This document shows, piece after piece, positions 43,882-53,027 of a stretch of 64,000 bases of DNA. Position 1 is the first letter of the stretch, and every line of letters begins with the position of its first letter. The position numbers and the translations under genes were made by a program. The notes under the pieces are model-generated. The model worked only from the letters and a program-made list of their open reading frames with translations. It ran no database searches and was not told the origin of the DNA. Origin of the DNA: Gemmatimonadota bacterium (GTDB taxonomy: Bacteria; Gemmatimonadota; Gemmatimonadetes; Gemmatimonadales; GWC2-71-9); assembly GCA_031367105.1 (NCBI GenBank), contig JANLPG010000095.1, forward strand, positions 27,142 to 91,141, read 5' to 3'.

Positions 43882-45410
43882 CAGCTGGGGAAGTACGGCG
43901 TGTCCTGATTGCCAACCGCGGCGAGATCGCGCTGCGCATCATCCGCGCCTGCCGTGATGAAGGGCTTGAATCGGTGGCGGTCTATTCCGAGGCGGATCGC
44001 CACGCCCCCTTTGTGCGCGCCGCCGACCTTGCCGTGCCGATCGGCCCTTCCGCTCCCTCCCAGAGTTATCTCGAGATCGCCCGACTCCTCGAGGCGGCGC
44101 GGATCAGCGGCGCCCAGGCGATTCACCCCGGCTACGGCTTCCTCTCCGAACGCGCCGCGTTTGCGCAGGCCGTGGTCGACGCCGGTCTGGTGTTCGTCGG
44201 ACCGCCGGCAAGCGCCATCGCGGCGATGGGCGACAAGACCAGCGCCCGTCGGTTGATGGCCGCCGCCGGCGTCCCGATCGTGCCGGGCGGCGTCAGTGCC
44301 GTGACCAACCCTGCCGAGGCGGCGATCCTGGCTGGGGACCTCGGCTATCCGGTGCTGGTAAAGGCTGCCGCTGGCGGGGGCGGGAAGGGGATGCGGGTGG
44401 TGAGGCATCCCGCGGAGCTGCCGGCGGCACTGACCACGGCGGCGAGCGAAGCGCTGAAAGCGTTCGGGGATGGCAGCGTCTATCTCGAGAAGTACATCGA
44501 GTTGCCGCGACACGTCGAAATTCAGGTGCTGGCGGACCACGAGCGCACCATCCACATCGGAGAGCGCGAGTGTTCGGTGCAACGCCGCCACCAGAAACTG
44601 GTCGAGGAGGCACCGTCGGTGGCCGTCGATCAGTCGCTGCGCGAGCAGATGGGTGCCGCCGCAGTTGCGGCGGCGACGGCCGTGGGATATCGCGGTGCGG
44701 GCACCTGCGAGTTTCTCCTCGCGTCGGACGGCTCCTTCTACTTTCTCGAAATGAATACGCGGATCCAGGTCGAGCACCCGGTGACCGAGGAGGTCTACGG
44801 CGTCGATCTGGTGCGCGAGCAGCTCCGCATCGCTCGTGGCCTGCCCATGTCGGTTCCTCTCGGGCCACTGTCGCCCCGCGGCTGGTCGATCGAGTGTCGC
44901 ATCACCAGTGAAGACCCTGCCAACGGACTGTTGCCGAGTTCGGGGGTGATCCGCTGGCTGCGCGCTCCGTCGGGGGCAGGTGTCCGCTGGGATAGCGGCG
45001 TGGAAAGTGGCAGTGAGGTCACGCTGTTCTACGACTCGATGCTCGCCAAATTGATCGTTCGGGGTGCCACGCGCACCGAAGCGATCGACACGATGCGACG
45101 CGCCCTCGATGAGCTGATGGTGGTGGGAGTCGCCACGAATATTCCGTTTCACAGGCGGCTCTTCAACGACGCGGAGTTTGTGGCGGGCGCAATCGACATC
45201 CAGTTCCTGGAGCGGCGTGGCGATCTGCTCGCCAGTACGGACGACGACGCCACCTTGCAGCGGCTCGCCGTGACCGCGGCACTGCTTGAGCAGGAGCGGC
45301 GCGGCAGCCGGCGACCGGTGGGCCGACAGGGTGGCGAGGCCCGAACCGATCGCGCGGCACCGAATGCGCCTGGATGGCGTGATGCCGCGCGGCGCGAAGG
45401 GCTGCGATGA
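43878..45410 (+). CDS. accC: biotin carboxylase subunit (acetyl/propionyl-CoA carboxylase alpha, BC part only)
   Basis: 510 aa: VLIANRGEIALRIIRAC, ATP-grasp GYPVLVKAAAGGGGKGMR, EMNTRIQVEHPVTE. No biotinyl domain on this polypeptide. Confidence 0.92.
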   Translation: MTAGEVRRVLIANRGEIALRIIRACRDEGLESVAVYSEADRHAPFVRAADLAVPIGPSAPSQSYLEIARLLEAARISGAQAIHPGYGFLSERAAFAQAVVDAGLVFVGPPASAIAAMGDKTSARRLMAAAGVPIVPGGVSAVTNPAEAAILAGDLGYPVLVKAAAGGGGKGMRVVRHPAELPAALTTAASEALKAFGDGSVYLEKYIELPRHVEIQVLADHERTIHIGERECSVQRRHQKLVEEAPSVAVDQSLREQMGAAAVAAATAVGYRGAGTCEFLLASDGSFYFLEMNTRIQVEHPVTEEVYGVDLVREQLRIARGLPMSVPLGPLSPRGWSIECRITSEDPANGLLPSSGVIRWLRAPSGAGVRWDSGVESGSEVTLFYDSMLAKLIVRGATRTEAIDTMRRALDELMVVGVATNIPFHRRLFNDAEFVAGAIDIQFLERRGDLLASTDDDATLQRLAVTAALLEQERRGSRRPVGRQGGEARTDRAAPNAPGWRDAARREGLR

Positions 45411-46639
45411 GCAGTACGGGACCAGAGGTGGTGGTCCGCAGCATCGCCGCGGGCGGCGACGGCGTGGCGACCCTCGATGACGGTCGGACCGTTTTCATCC
45501 CCCGTGCTGCGCCGGGAGATCGGCTTCGGCTCCGATCGGTCCGGACCCACGCCCGATTCGCACGCGCCGAAATCGCCGAGATCCTGACGCACGGCCCGGG
45601 ACGGGTCACGCCGCCCTGCCCGCATTACATCGGCGATCGTTGCGGTGGCTGCCAGCTGATGCACCTCACCCCCGAGCTCCAGCGTGAGGTGAAGGGGCGC
45701 AATGCCGGCGATGCGCTCCGCCGGATTGCCAAACTCGACGTCAAGGATCCGGAGGTGATGGCCTCCCCAGTGCAGTTGGGCTATCGAGCCAAGGTGACGT
45801 TCGCGATGTCAGCCGGAGCGCTGGGCTACCACCGGGCCGGCGATGCGGACCGCGTGTTCGACGTTCGCGACTGTCTGGTCGCCGAGCCTGCCGTGCGTCG
45901 CCTGCATCAGGCACTGCGTTCGGCGCGGTCGGCACTGCCGAGCAACACGACGCGCGTAGTGTTGCGCCGCGATCGAGACGGGTCGTTGCACGTCGTCGTT
46001 CGCACCGACGAGCGTGAGGCGTGGCGCCACGGCGCACGGCTCCATGCCCGGATGCAGGCCGCGGGAGTCGACGCTGTCGTCTGGTGGCATCCTGAGGGCG
46101 GGGCCCCGCGTGCGGTCGGAGGCAGCAAGGACCCCTGGCCGGCCACGGTGTTCCAGCAGATCCATCCTGCGATGGGACGGCTGGTTCGCACTCACGCCCT
46201 GGATTCGCTGGGCGTGGTGACCGGGCTGCACGCCTGGGATCTCTATGCGGGTGTCGGGGAAACCACCACCGAGTTGCTGCGCCGCGGCGCCACGGTGGAG
46301 AGCATCGAACTCGACGCCCGTGCGGTGGCCCACGCCGAGCGCACTGGCCCCGCCGGCCCGCGCCGTCTCGCAGGCCGGGCCGAAGAGCGCATCGTCCAGC
46401 TCGCACCGCCCGCGGTGATCGTCACCAACCCGCCACGGACCGGGATGGACCAGGTCGTGACGACCGCGATTGCGGCGTCCGGCGCCAACCGCCTCGCCTA
46501 TATCTCCTGCGATGCGGCGACGCTGGCGCGGGATCTCGCGCGGCTCGCGGGCCACTATCGTCTCGCACACGTGGAGGCGTTCGATCAATTCCCCCAGACC
46601 GCCCACCTCGAGTGCGTCGCCTTGCTGGAGCGCCGATGA
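45407..46639 (+). CDS. 23S rRNA (uracil-C5)-methyltransferase, RlmD/RumA family
   Basis: 410 aa with an N-terminal TRAM-like domain, Fe-S Cys cluster CPHYIGDRCGGCQLMH, SAM-MTase DLYAGVGE, NPPRTGMD and YISCDAATLARD. Confidence 0.85.
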   Translation: MSSTGPEVVVRSIAAGGDGVATLDDGRTVFIPRAAPGDRLRLRSVRTHARFARAEIAEILTHGPGRVTPPCPHYIGDRCGGCQLMHLTPELQREVKGRNAGDALRRIAKLDVKDPEVMASPVQLGYRAKVTFAMSAGALGYHRAGDADRVFDVRDCLVAEPAVRRLHQALRSARSALPSNTTRVVLRRDRDGSLHVVVRTDEREAWRHGARLHARMQAAGVDAVVWWHPEGGAPRAVGGSKDPWPATVFQQIHPAMGRLVRTHALDSLGVVTGLHAWDLYAGVGETTTELLRRGATVESIELDARAVAHAERTGPAGPRRLAGRAEERIVQLAPPAVIVTNPPRTGMDQVVTTAIAASGANRLAYISCDAATLARDLARLAGHYRLAHVEAFDQFPQTAHLECVALLERR

Positions 46640-47136
46640 GGTACGTCGTCACGATTGCGGGCCGCGAGTTCCAGGTCGAAGTGGATGGCGATCGCGTGAC
46701 GGTCGATGGCCGCAGCGTGCTGGCGTCGATCGCGCGGAGCGCCTCCTCGCCGGAACTACGACTGACACTCGACGGCCGCTCCCACTCCCTCGCGGTCGAG
46801 GGGCAGGATGCGCTCGGCTGGCGACTCGTGGATCAGGGGGCCGTGCGCGACGTCGCAATCGAGGACGAGCGCACCCGCCATATCCGCTCGCTTGCGGGGT
46901 CGGCGAAGAGTGCCTCGAGCGGGGGCCTGGTCAAGGCACCGATGCCGGGTCTCGTGGTCCGGATCGAGGTGGCCGAAGGGGACGTTGTTGCTGCAGGCGC
47001 GGGCCTCCTCGTTCTCGAGGCGATGAAAATGGAGAACGAGTTGAAGGCTCCGGCCGCCGGAACCGTCCGCGCCATCCGCGTGTCGGCGGGGCAGGCGGTC
47101 GAGAAGGGCCAGGTCCTGCTGGAACTCGGGCCATAG
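46636..47136 (+). CDS. biotin carboxyl carrier / biotinyl-domain protein
   Basis: 166 aa. C-terminal biotinyl domain VKAPMPGLVVRIEV...LLVLEAMKMENELKAP with the AMKM biotinylation site. ATGA overlap with the upstream methyltransferase. Confidence 0.88.
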   Translation: MRYVVTIAGREFQVEVDGDRVTVDGRSVLASIARSASSPELRLTLDGRSHSLAVEGQDALGWRLVDQGAVRDVAIEDERTRHIRSLAGSAKSASSGGLVKAPMPGLVVRIEVAEGDVVAAGAGLLVLEAMKMENELKAPAAGTVRAIRVSAGQAVEKGQVLLELGP

Positions 47137-47235
47137 TAGCCCCACCAGGGCCTATTCGGGGGCTATTCGGGCCCGGGTGATTTTTCGGCCCCCCCCATCA
47201 CAGCCTCTCCCGGCGCTCCCAGCAGGTACTCCGGC

Positions 47236-47264
47236 TTGACCCAACCCCTTACTGGAGCTTAGCT
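47236..47264 (+). promoter_or_regulatory. candidate sigma70-type promoter for rplM-rpsI
   Basis: TTGACC (47236-47241), 17-nt spacer, TTAGCT (47259-47264), about 55 nt upstream of the rplM ATG. Confidence 0.4.
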
Positions 47265-47318
47265 TTCGAGTCTGTGTCCGAAGTGGTTTTTTGTGTCCCG
47301 GTGGCAGGAAGAGACTCG

Positions 47319-47768
47319 ATGAAGACGTATAGCGCCAAGCACGGCGATCTGCAGCACGACTGGCACGTGGTCGACGCGACCGACGTGCCCCTCGGCCGTC
47401 TGGCAAGCACGGTGGCTCAGCTGATCCGCGGGAAGCACAAGCCGACCTTCACCCCGCATATGGACGGGGGCGATTTCGTCATTGTCCTGAATGCGTCGAA
47501 GGTCAAGCTGACGGGTCGGAAGCTGAGCCAGAAGACCTACTTCAAGCACACCGGCTATATGGGCCACGACACCCACACGCCAGCCCAGGAGCTGCTCGCC
47601 AAGCACCCGGACCGCGTGATCGAAAAGGCGGTCTTTGGTATGCTGCCGAAGAACTCGCTCGCCAAGCAGAAGCTGCGCACCAAGTTGAAGGTCTACGGTG
47701 GCGCCGAGCATCCGCACGAGGCGCAGACACCGAAGCCCCTCACCATCGTTACTGCGAAGGCCAACTGA
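47319..47768 (+). CDS. rplM: 50S ribosomal protein L13
   Basis: MKTYSAKHGDLQHDWHVVDATDVPLGRLAS...IRGKHKPTFTPH. Internal ATG 47319 gives the canonical N-terminus. Confidence 0.95.
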   Translation: MKTYSAKHGDLQHDWHVVDATDVPLGRLASTVAQLIRGKHKPTFTPHMDGGDFVIVLNASKVKLTGRKLSQKTYFKHTGYMGHDTHTPAQELLAKHPDRVIEKAVFGMLPKNSLAKQKLRTKLKVYGGAEHPHEAQTPKPLTIVTAKAN

Positions 47769-48166
47769 TGAGTTCTGATGCACTCCGCTGGCAGGCCGTC
47801 GGCCGCCGCAAGACGAGCGTGGCTCGCGTCTACCTGACCCCGGGCACCGGCAAGTGGGACGTCAACGGCCGCACGCTGGGTGACTACTTCCCGCGTCCCT
47901 CCCTGGTCCAGCACATCCAGCAGTCGTTCACGGCCACCGACACCCTCGGCGCGTTCGACGTCAAGGCACACGTCGATGGTGGCGGGATGAGTGGTCAGGC
48001 TGGCGCGATGCGTCACGCCATCGCGCGGGCGCTGTGCAATGCGGACGCGGCCCACCGCCCCAAGCTGCGCACGGCAGGGCTCCTGACCCGCGACCCGCGC
48101 GCCGTGGAGCGGAAGAAGCCGGGCCAGCCAGGCGCCCGGAAGAAGTTCCAGTTCTCGAAGCGGTAG
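47768..48166 (+). CDS. rpsI: 30S ribosomal protein S9
   Basis: 132 aa: GRRKTSVARVYLTPGTGKWDVNGR...C-terminal ...RKKPGQPGARKKFQFSKR. Confidence 0.95.
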   Translation: MSSDALRWQAVGRRKTSVARVYLTPGTGKWDVNGRTLGDYFPRPSLVQHIQQSFTATDTLGAFDVKAHVDGGGMSGQAGAMRHAIARALCNADAAHRPKLRTAGLLTRDPRAVERKKPGQPGARKKFQFSKR

Positions 48167-48329
48167 TCGCTTCCCGCGGGCCGACGGTCACCGGCCGACG
48201 CAGTTCACGCGCGCACCATTTCGGTGCGCGACGACGCACGCCTCCCGATGCCGATGCGGGTGCCCTCCGGGGTCGCTACGGCAGGTGACGGAGGCGGTAG
48301 CATCAACCACCAAGGAGCCGTCTGTACTT

Positions 48330-49196
48330 ATGGCAATGCCAACCCTGCAGGAACTGCTCGACGCCGGCACGCACTTCGGTCACCAGACTCGCCGTTGGAA
48401 CCCGAAGATGCGCAAGTTCATCTTCGCCGAACGTTCGGGCATCTATCTCATCGATCTCCAGAAGACCCTCAAGCAGCTGACCTTGGCCACCGAACTGGTT
48501 CGGTCCATCGCGCTCAAGGGTGAGAACATTCTTTTTGTCTGCACCAAGCGCCAGCTGAAGGCCGTAGTCGAGGCGGAGGCGCGCAATGCATCCTGCCACT
48601 GGGTGAATGAGCGCTGGCTGGGTGGCACGCTGACCAACTTCCAGACGATCAAGAAGCAGATCAAGCGACTCCGCGACCTCGAGCAGGGCTCTGCTGAAGG
48701 CGACTTCGAGAACTACACCAAGAAGGAGCAGCTGCTGTTCTCGCGTGAGCGCGAGAAGCTCTCCCGCAACCTCGAAGGGATCAAGATGATGACCCGCCTG
48801 CCGGGCGCGCTCTTCATCGTGGACGCGAAGAAGGAGAAGATCGCCATCCAGGAGGCCAACCGTCTCGGCATCCCGGTGGTGGCGATCGTCGATACCAACG
48901 CCGACCCCGACACGATTACCGTGCCGATTCCGGGCAACGACGACGCCATCCGTTCGGTGTCGCTGATTACGTCGGCGCTGTGCGACGCGATCCGCGAAGC
49001 CCGTATGGCGATGCCGGTGCGTGAAGTGGCCGGCGGCGATGATGACTCCGAGACCTACTCCGCTGGCGATGGCGATGGGGCATCCGATGAAGATCGCAAG
49101 AAGCGCCGCCCCCGCCGCAAGCGGAAGGCACGCCCCGAGGCGATCGCCGCACGGTTGAAGCACGACCCGGCTGCGCCGGGCGACGTCGGCGCCTGA
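48330..49196 (+). CDS. rpsB: 30S ribosomal protein S2
   Basis: MAMPTLQELLDAGTHFGHQTRRWNPKMRKFIF...IVDTNADPD, with an acidic/basic C-terminal tail. Confidence 0.95.
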   Translation: MAMPTLQELLDAGTHFGHQTRRWNPKMRKFIFAERSGIYLIDLQKTLKQLTLATELVRSIALKGENILFVCTKRQLKAVVEAEARNASCHWVNERWLGGTLTNFQTIKKQIKRLRDLEQGSAEGDFENYTKKEQLLFSREREKLSRNLEGIKMMTRLPGALFIVDAKKEKIAIQEANRLGIPVVAIVDTNADPDTITVPIPGNDDAIRSVSLITSALCDAIREARMAMPVREVAGGDDDSETYSAGDGDGASDEDRKKRRPRRKRKARPEAIAARLKHDPAAPGDVGA

Positions 49197-49224
49197 CCGG
49201 GGCAGTTCCCGGACTTGGGTCACT

Positions 49225-49263
49225 CCGCCGCCTGTCGGGCTTCAGGGCCCCGGGCGGCGGTTT
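49225..49263 (+). terminator. hairpin between rpsB and tsf (attenuator/terminator-like)
   Basis: ccgccgcc (49225-49232) pairs with ggcggcgg (49253-49260) with extra inner pairs, followed by ttt. Confidence 0.4.
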
Positions 49264-49296
49264 CACACACGGAACCAGACACTTCAGGCAGCAATA

Positions 49297-50148
49297 ATGG
49301 CAATGACGATCAGTACCAAGGATATCTCCGAGCTCCGCGGTCGCACCGGCGCGGGGATGATGGATTGCAAGAAGGCCCTCGAGGAAGCCAACGGCGACAT
49401 GTCGCTCGCATCGGAACTGCTTCGCAAGAAGGGCATCGCCAAGGCCGAGAAGCGCGCCGGTCGCGACGCGTCGCAGGGCCTGGTCGTGATCGAGACCGCT
49501 GCCGACGGCTCCACCGGCGCGATGCTCGAGTTGAACTGCGAGACCGACTTCGTGGCGCGCAATGAGGACTTCCAGTCGCTCGCGAAGCAGCTGGTGATGC
49601 ACGCCCAGACCCGAAGCCCGGTGAGTGTCACGCACGACGCCTTCCTGGCTGAGACGCTGGACGGCAAGAGCATCGACGAAGTCGTCAAGCTCGCCTCAGG
49701 CAAAACCGGTGAAGCGATGACCGTCAAGCAGGTCGCCAAGTTCGGCGGCGCCGGCGGGGCGGTTGGCGAATATCGCCACCACAACAGCCAGGTCGGTGTG
49801 CTGGTCGAACTTGGCGGGGCAAGCGGTGCAGCGGCAATCGCGCTGGCACGTGACCTCGCCCTGCACGTCGCTTCGGCCGATCCGATCGCTGTGGCAACCA
49901 GCGATATCCCGACGGAGCTGCTCGACCGTGAGCGGCGCATTGCCGAGGAGATGGTCGCTGCCGAGGGGAAGCCCGAGGCGATCCGCGCCAAGATTGTTGA
50001 GGGGAAGGTCAGGAAGTTTGCGCAGGAGCGTGCCCTCCTGGAGCAGCCCTTCGTGAAGGATGAATCGGTCACGATCGGGGCGCTGGTGGCAAAGCTCTCC
50101 GGTGCGAAGGTGATCCGCTTCGCTCGCTTCAAGGTCGGCGAGGCCTGA
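49297..50148 (+). CDS. tsf: elongation factor Ts
   Basis: 283 aa: ISELRGRTGAGMMDCKKALEEANGDM...ELLRKKGIAKAEKRAGR...LELNCETDFVARNEDF. Confidence 0.95.
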   Translation: MAMTISTKDISELRGRTGAGMMDCKKALEEANGDMSLASELLRKKGIAKAEKRAGRDASQGLVVIETAADGSTGAMLELNCETDFVARNEDFQSLAKQLVMHAQTRSPVSVTHDAFLAETLDGKSIDEVVKLASGKTGEAMTVKQVAKFGGAGGAVGEYRHHNSQVGVLVELGGASGAAAIALARDLALHVASADPIAVATSDIPTELLDRERRIAEEMVAAEGKPEAIRAKIVEGKVRKFAQERALLEQPFVKDESVTIGALVAKLSGAKVIRFARFKVGEA

Positions 50149-50858
50149 TGCCAGTCGCCTACCGTCGGGCTCTATTGAAGCTCTCCGGTGAGGCGTTGGC
50201 CGGAGGGAAGGACGGCGGACTCGACTATGCCGTGGTCGAAGCCCTCGCCGAAGAGATCAAGCAGGTCACCACGATGGGGGTGAGCCTCGGACTGGTGGTG
50301 GGTGGCGGTAACATCGTGCGAGGCGCCACGGCGAGCCGGGAAGGTCTCGACCGCGTATCGGCCGACTATATGGGAATGCTCGCCACGGTGATCAATGCCC
50401 TGGCGTTGCAGAACGTGCTGGAGACGCTGGGCGTCGAGACCCGTGTGCTCACGGCCATCCGGATGGAATCGCTGGCGGAACCGTACATTCGCCGGCGGAT
50501 GATGCGCCACCTGGAGAAGGGGCGCATCGTGATTTTTGCAGGCGGTACCGGCAATCCATTCTTCTCGACCGACACCGCCGCGGTCTTGCGCGCGCTCGAG
50601 ATGGATGCGGAGGTGGTTCTCAAGGCGACCAATGTCGACGGGATCTATACCTCCGATCCACGCACGAATCCCGACGCAACGTTGCTCACCGAGCTCACCT
50701 TTCAGGAAGCGCTCGTGAATGGGTACGCCGTGATGGACGCCAACGCCTTCGGGCTCTGCCAGGCGCACGCTCTTCCGATCATTGTCTTCAACATCAATCA
50801 ACCCGGTGCCATTGCCCGCACGTTGAGCGGCGAACGGGTCGGGACTCTCGTCCGATGA
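50148..50858 (+). CDS. pyrH: UMP kinase
   Basis: 236 aa: YRRALLKLSGEAL..., VVGGGNIVRG, DYMGMLATVINALAL, IFAGGTGNPFFSTDTAA. Confidence 0.95.
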   Translation: MPVAYRRALLKLSGEALAGGKDGGLDYAVVEALAEEIKQVTTMGVSLGLVVGGGNIVRGATASREGLDRVSADYMGMLATVINALALQNVLETLGVETRVLTAIRMESLAEPYIRRRMMRHLEKGRIVIFAGGTGNPFFSTDTAAVLRALEMDAEVVLKATNVDGIYTSDPRTNPDATLLTELTFQEALVNGYAVMDANAFGLCQAHALPIIVFNINQPGAIARTLSGERVGTLVR

Positions 50859-51406
50859 CTACTGCCGACATCGTGAAGGCCTCCCGCGAAGGGATGCAGA
50901 AGGCCGTCGAAAGCACCAAGCGTGAACTCGGCGGAATTCGCTCCGGCAAGGCATCGCCCGGTCTCCTCGACAGCGTCCGGGTTGACGCCTATGGGAGCTC
51001 GATGCCGCTGAATCAGGTGGCGATGGTCAGTGCACCGGAACCCCGGATGCTGGCCGTGACACCCTTCGACAAGAGCCTCACCCAGGCGATCGACAAGGCG
51101 ATTCGTGATGCCAACCTCGGCCTGAATCCGCAGTCCCAGGGCGGCCTCATTCGCGTTCCTCTGCCGATGCTCTCCGAGGAGCGCCGCAAGGAGATGGTCA
51201 AGATCTGCGGCAAGCTGGTCGAGGATGGTCGCGTCTCGGTGCGCGGTGCCCGCACCGACGCGATGGGAAAGATCAAGAAGCTCGAGCGAATCCCCGAGGA
51301 CGAAAAGACCAGGGCGGAGAAGGACGTGCAGAAGCACACCGACGAGGCGATCAAGCAGATCGAGGAACTCTTCAAGGCCAAGGAAGCCGAGATTCTCGAA
51401 GTGTGA
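50855..51406 (+). CDS. frr: ribosome recycling factor
   Basis: 183 aa: ...ELGGIRSGKASPGLLDSVRVDAYGS...IRVPLPMLSEERRKEMVK... Confidence 0.95.
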   Translation: MTTADIVKASREGMQKAVESTKRELGGIRSGKASPGLLDSVRVDAYGSSMPLNQVAMVSAPEPRMLAVTPFDKSLTQAIDKAIRDANLGLNPQSQGGLIRVPLPMLSEERRKEMVKICGKLVEDGRVSVRGARTDAMGKIKKLERIPEDEKTRAEKDVQKHTDEAIKQIEELFKAKEAEILEV

Positions 51407-52152
51407 CCACCGAGCCCGCCCCGCTTCTCGATCAGTTGCGCCTCCACGGCGCCATCCCCCGGCACATTGCCATCATTATGGACGGCAACGGCCGTTGGGC
51501 GCAGGAGCGCGGCCTGCCACGTTCCGCAGGCCACCAGGCCGGGATGGCGGCCGTTCGGGAAACGGTCGAAGGTTGCCTGCACGCTGGCGTCCACATTCTC
51601 ACGATCTTCGCCTTCTCGCAGGAGAACTGGCAGCGCCCGCCCGCGGAAATCGACGCCCTGATGGCGTTGCTGGAGGAGTTCGTCGGCCAGGAAGCCGAGG
51701 AGTTGCGTCGGCGCGGCGTTGCGGTCCGGATGCTTGGCGATCTGACCCGGCTCTCGGACCCGGCCCGAGCCGCGGTGGAACGAATCGAAGCCGCCACCGC
51801 TGGTGGCACCCAGCTTGCCTTCAACATCTGCATCTCCTACGGTGCCCGCGCCGAGATCGTGCGCGCGACCCAGCACCTGGCCGAACGGGTGCGTGCGGGA
51901 ACGATCGAGCCGGCTGCGATTGACGAGGCGATGTTCTCCAGCGAGCTGTACACGGCCCCGTGGCCGGACCCGGATCTGCTGGTCCGGACGTCCGGTGAGA
52001 TGCGAGTGTCCAACTTCCTGCTCTGGCAGCTCGCCTATGCCGAGTTTCACGTGACGCCGATCCTCTGGCCCGACTTCAGTCGCGACGACCTCTACACCGC
52101 GATTCTCGACTTCCAGCACCGCGATCGTCGCTTCGGACGCGTGGGCGTCTGA
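51403..52152 (+). CDS. uppS: undecaprenyl diphosphate synthase (cis-IPPS)
   Basis: 249 aa: HIAIIMDGNGRWA..., FAFSQENWQRP, RTSGEMRVSNFLLWQLAYAEF. Confidence 0.95.
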   Translation: MTTEPAPLLDQLRLHGAIPRHIAIIMDGNGRWAQERGLPRSAGHQAGMAAVRETVEGCLHAGVHILTIFAFSQENWQRPPAEIDALMALLEEFVGQEAEELRRRGVAVRMLGDLTRLSDPARAAVERIEAATAGGTQLAFNICISYGARAEIVRATQHLAERVRAGTIEPAAIDEAMFSSELYTAPWPDPDLLVRTSGEMRVSNFLLWQLAYAEFHVTPILWPDFSRDDLYTAILDFQHRDRRFGRVGV

Positions 52153-52160
52153 GGCTGCCG

Positions 52161-53027
52161 ATGGACAACAATCTGGTTCGCCGCATTCTCTTCGCTGTCG
52201 TGGCTATCCCGCTGGCGTTGCTTCTCGTCTGGGCCGGCGGTTGGCCCTTGGCAGTGCTGGTATCGACCATCGCGGTGCTCGGAACCCGCGAACTCTTCGA
52301 CATCGCCGGGAAGAAAGGCATTCGACCGCTGCGAGCGACCGGGCTTGGTGCCGCGGCTATTGCGCCCTTGCTGGTATATGCAGCCACCACCATTCCCGAA
52401 GCGCAGCTCTGGCTCGCCGACTGCTGGATCTACCTCGGTGCGGGCTTCGTGTTGCTGCTGCTCGGCGAAGCCCTGACGAGCCGCGCCCCAGCCGACGCGC
52501 CGCTCGGTGCCGTCGCGGTCACCGTATTCACGGTGGCGTACACGGCATTACTGCCTGCATTCCTGATCGGTATTCGTCACGGAAGCGTCGGGATGTACTC
52601 GTGGGCTGGCACCGCGATGGTCTTCTTCCCGCTGGTGGTCACCTGGGTGTGTGATAGTGCCGCGATGTTTGGAGGGCGAGCATTCGGCGGCGCCAGGCTG
52701 GCGCCCACCATCTCGCCGGGGAAGACGCGATCCGGCGGGATTGCCGGACTGGTCGGCGGGGTCGCGATCGCACCACTCTTCGCACTGATGGTGTTCCCGC
52801 GCGTCGGAATCGAGCTCGCGTTGATCCCAGCCTCCCTGATGGCCCTGGCGCTCTCCGTGGTGGGTCAGCTCGGCGATCTTGCCGAATCGCTCTTCAAGCG
52901 CGAAGCTGGCGTCAAGGATTCCTCGACGTTGATTCCCGGCCACGGTGGGGTGCTCGATCGCTTTGACTCGCTCTACGTTGTCCTCCCCACCGCCGCGTTC
53001 TGTTATCACCTGCTGGGATTGGTGTGA
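52161..53027 (+). CDS. cdsA: phosphatidate cytidylyltransferase
   Basis: 288 aa polytopic membrane protein with the C-terminal signature SPGKTRSGG...SLFKREAGVKDSSTLIPGHGGVLDRFDS. Confidence 0.93.
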   Translation: MDNNLVRRILFAVVAIPLALLLVWAGGWPLAVLVSTIAVLGTRELFDIAGKKGIRPLRATGLGAAAIAPLLVYAATTIPEAQLWLADCWIYLGAGFVLLLLGEALTSRAPADAPLGAVAVTVFTVAYTALLPAFLIGIRHGSVGMYSWAGTAMVFFPLVVTWVCDSAAMFGGRAFGGARLAPTISPGKTRSGGIAGLVGGVAIAPLFALMVFPRVGIELALIPASLMALALSVVGQLGDLAESLFKREAGVKDSSTLIPGHGGVLDRFDSLYVVLPTAAFCYHLLGLV

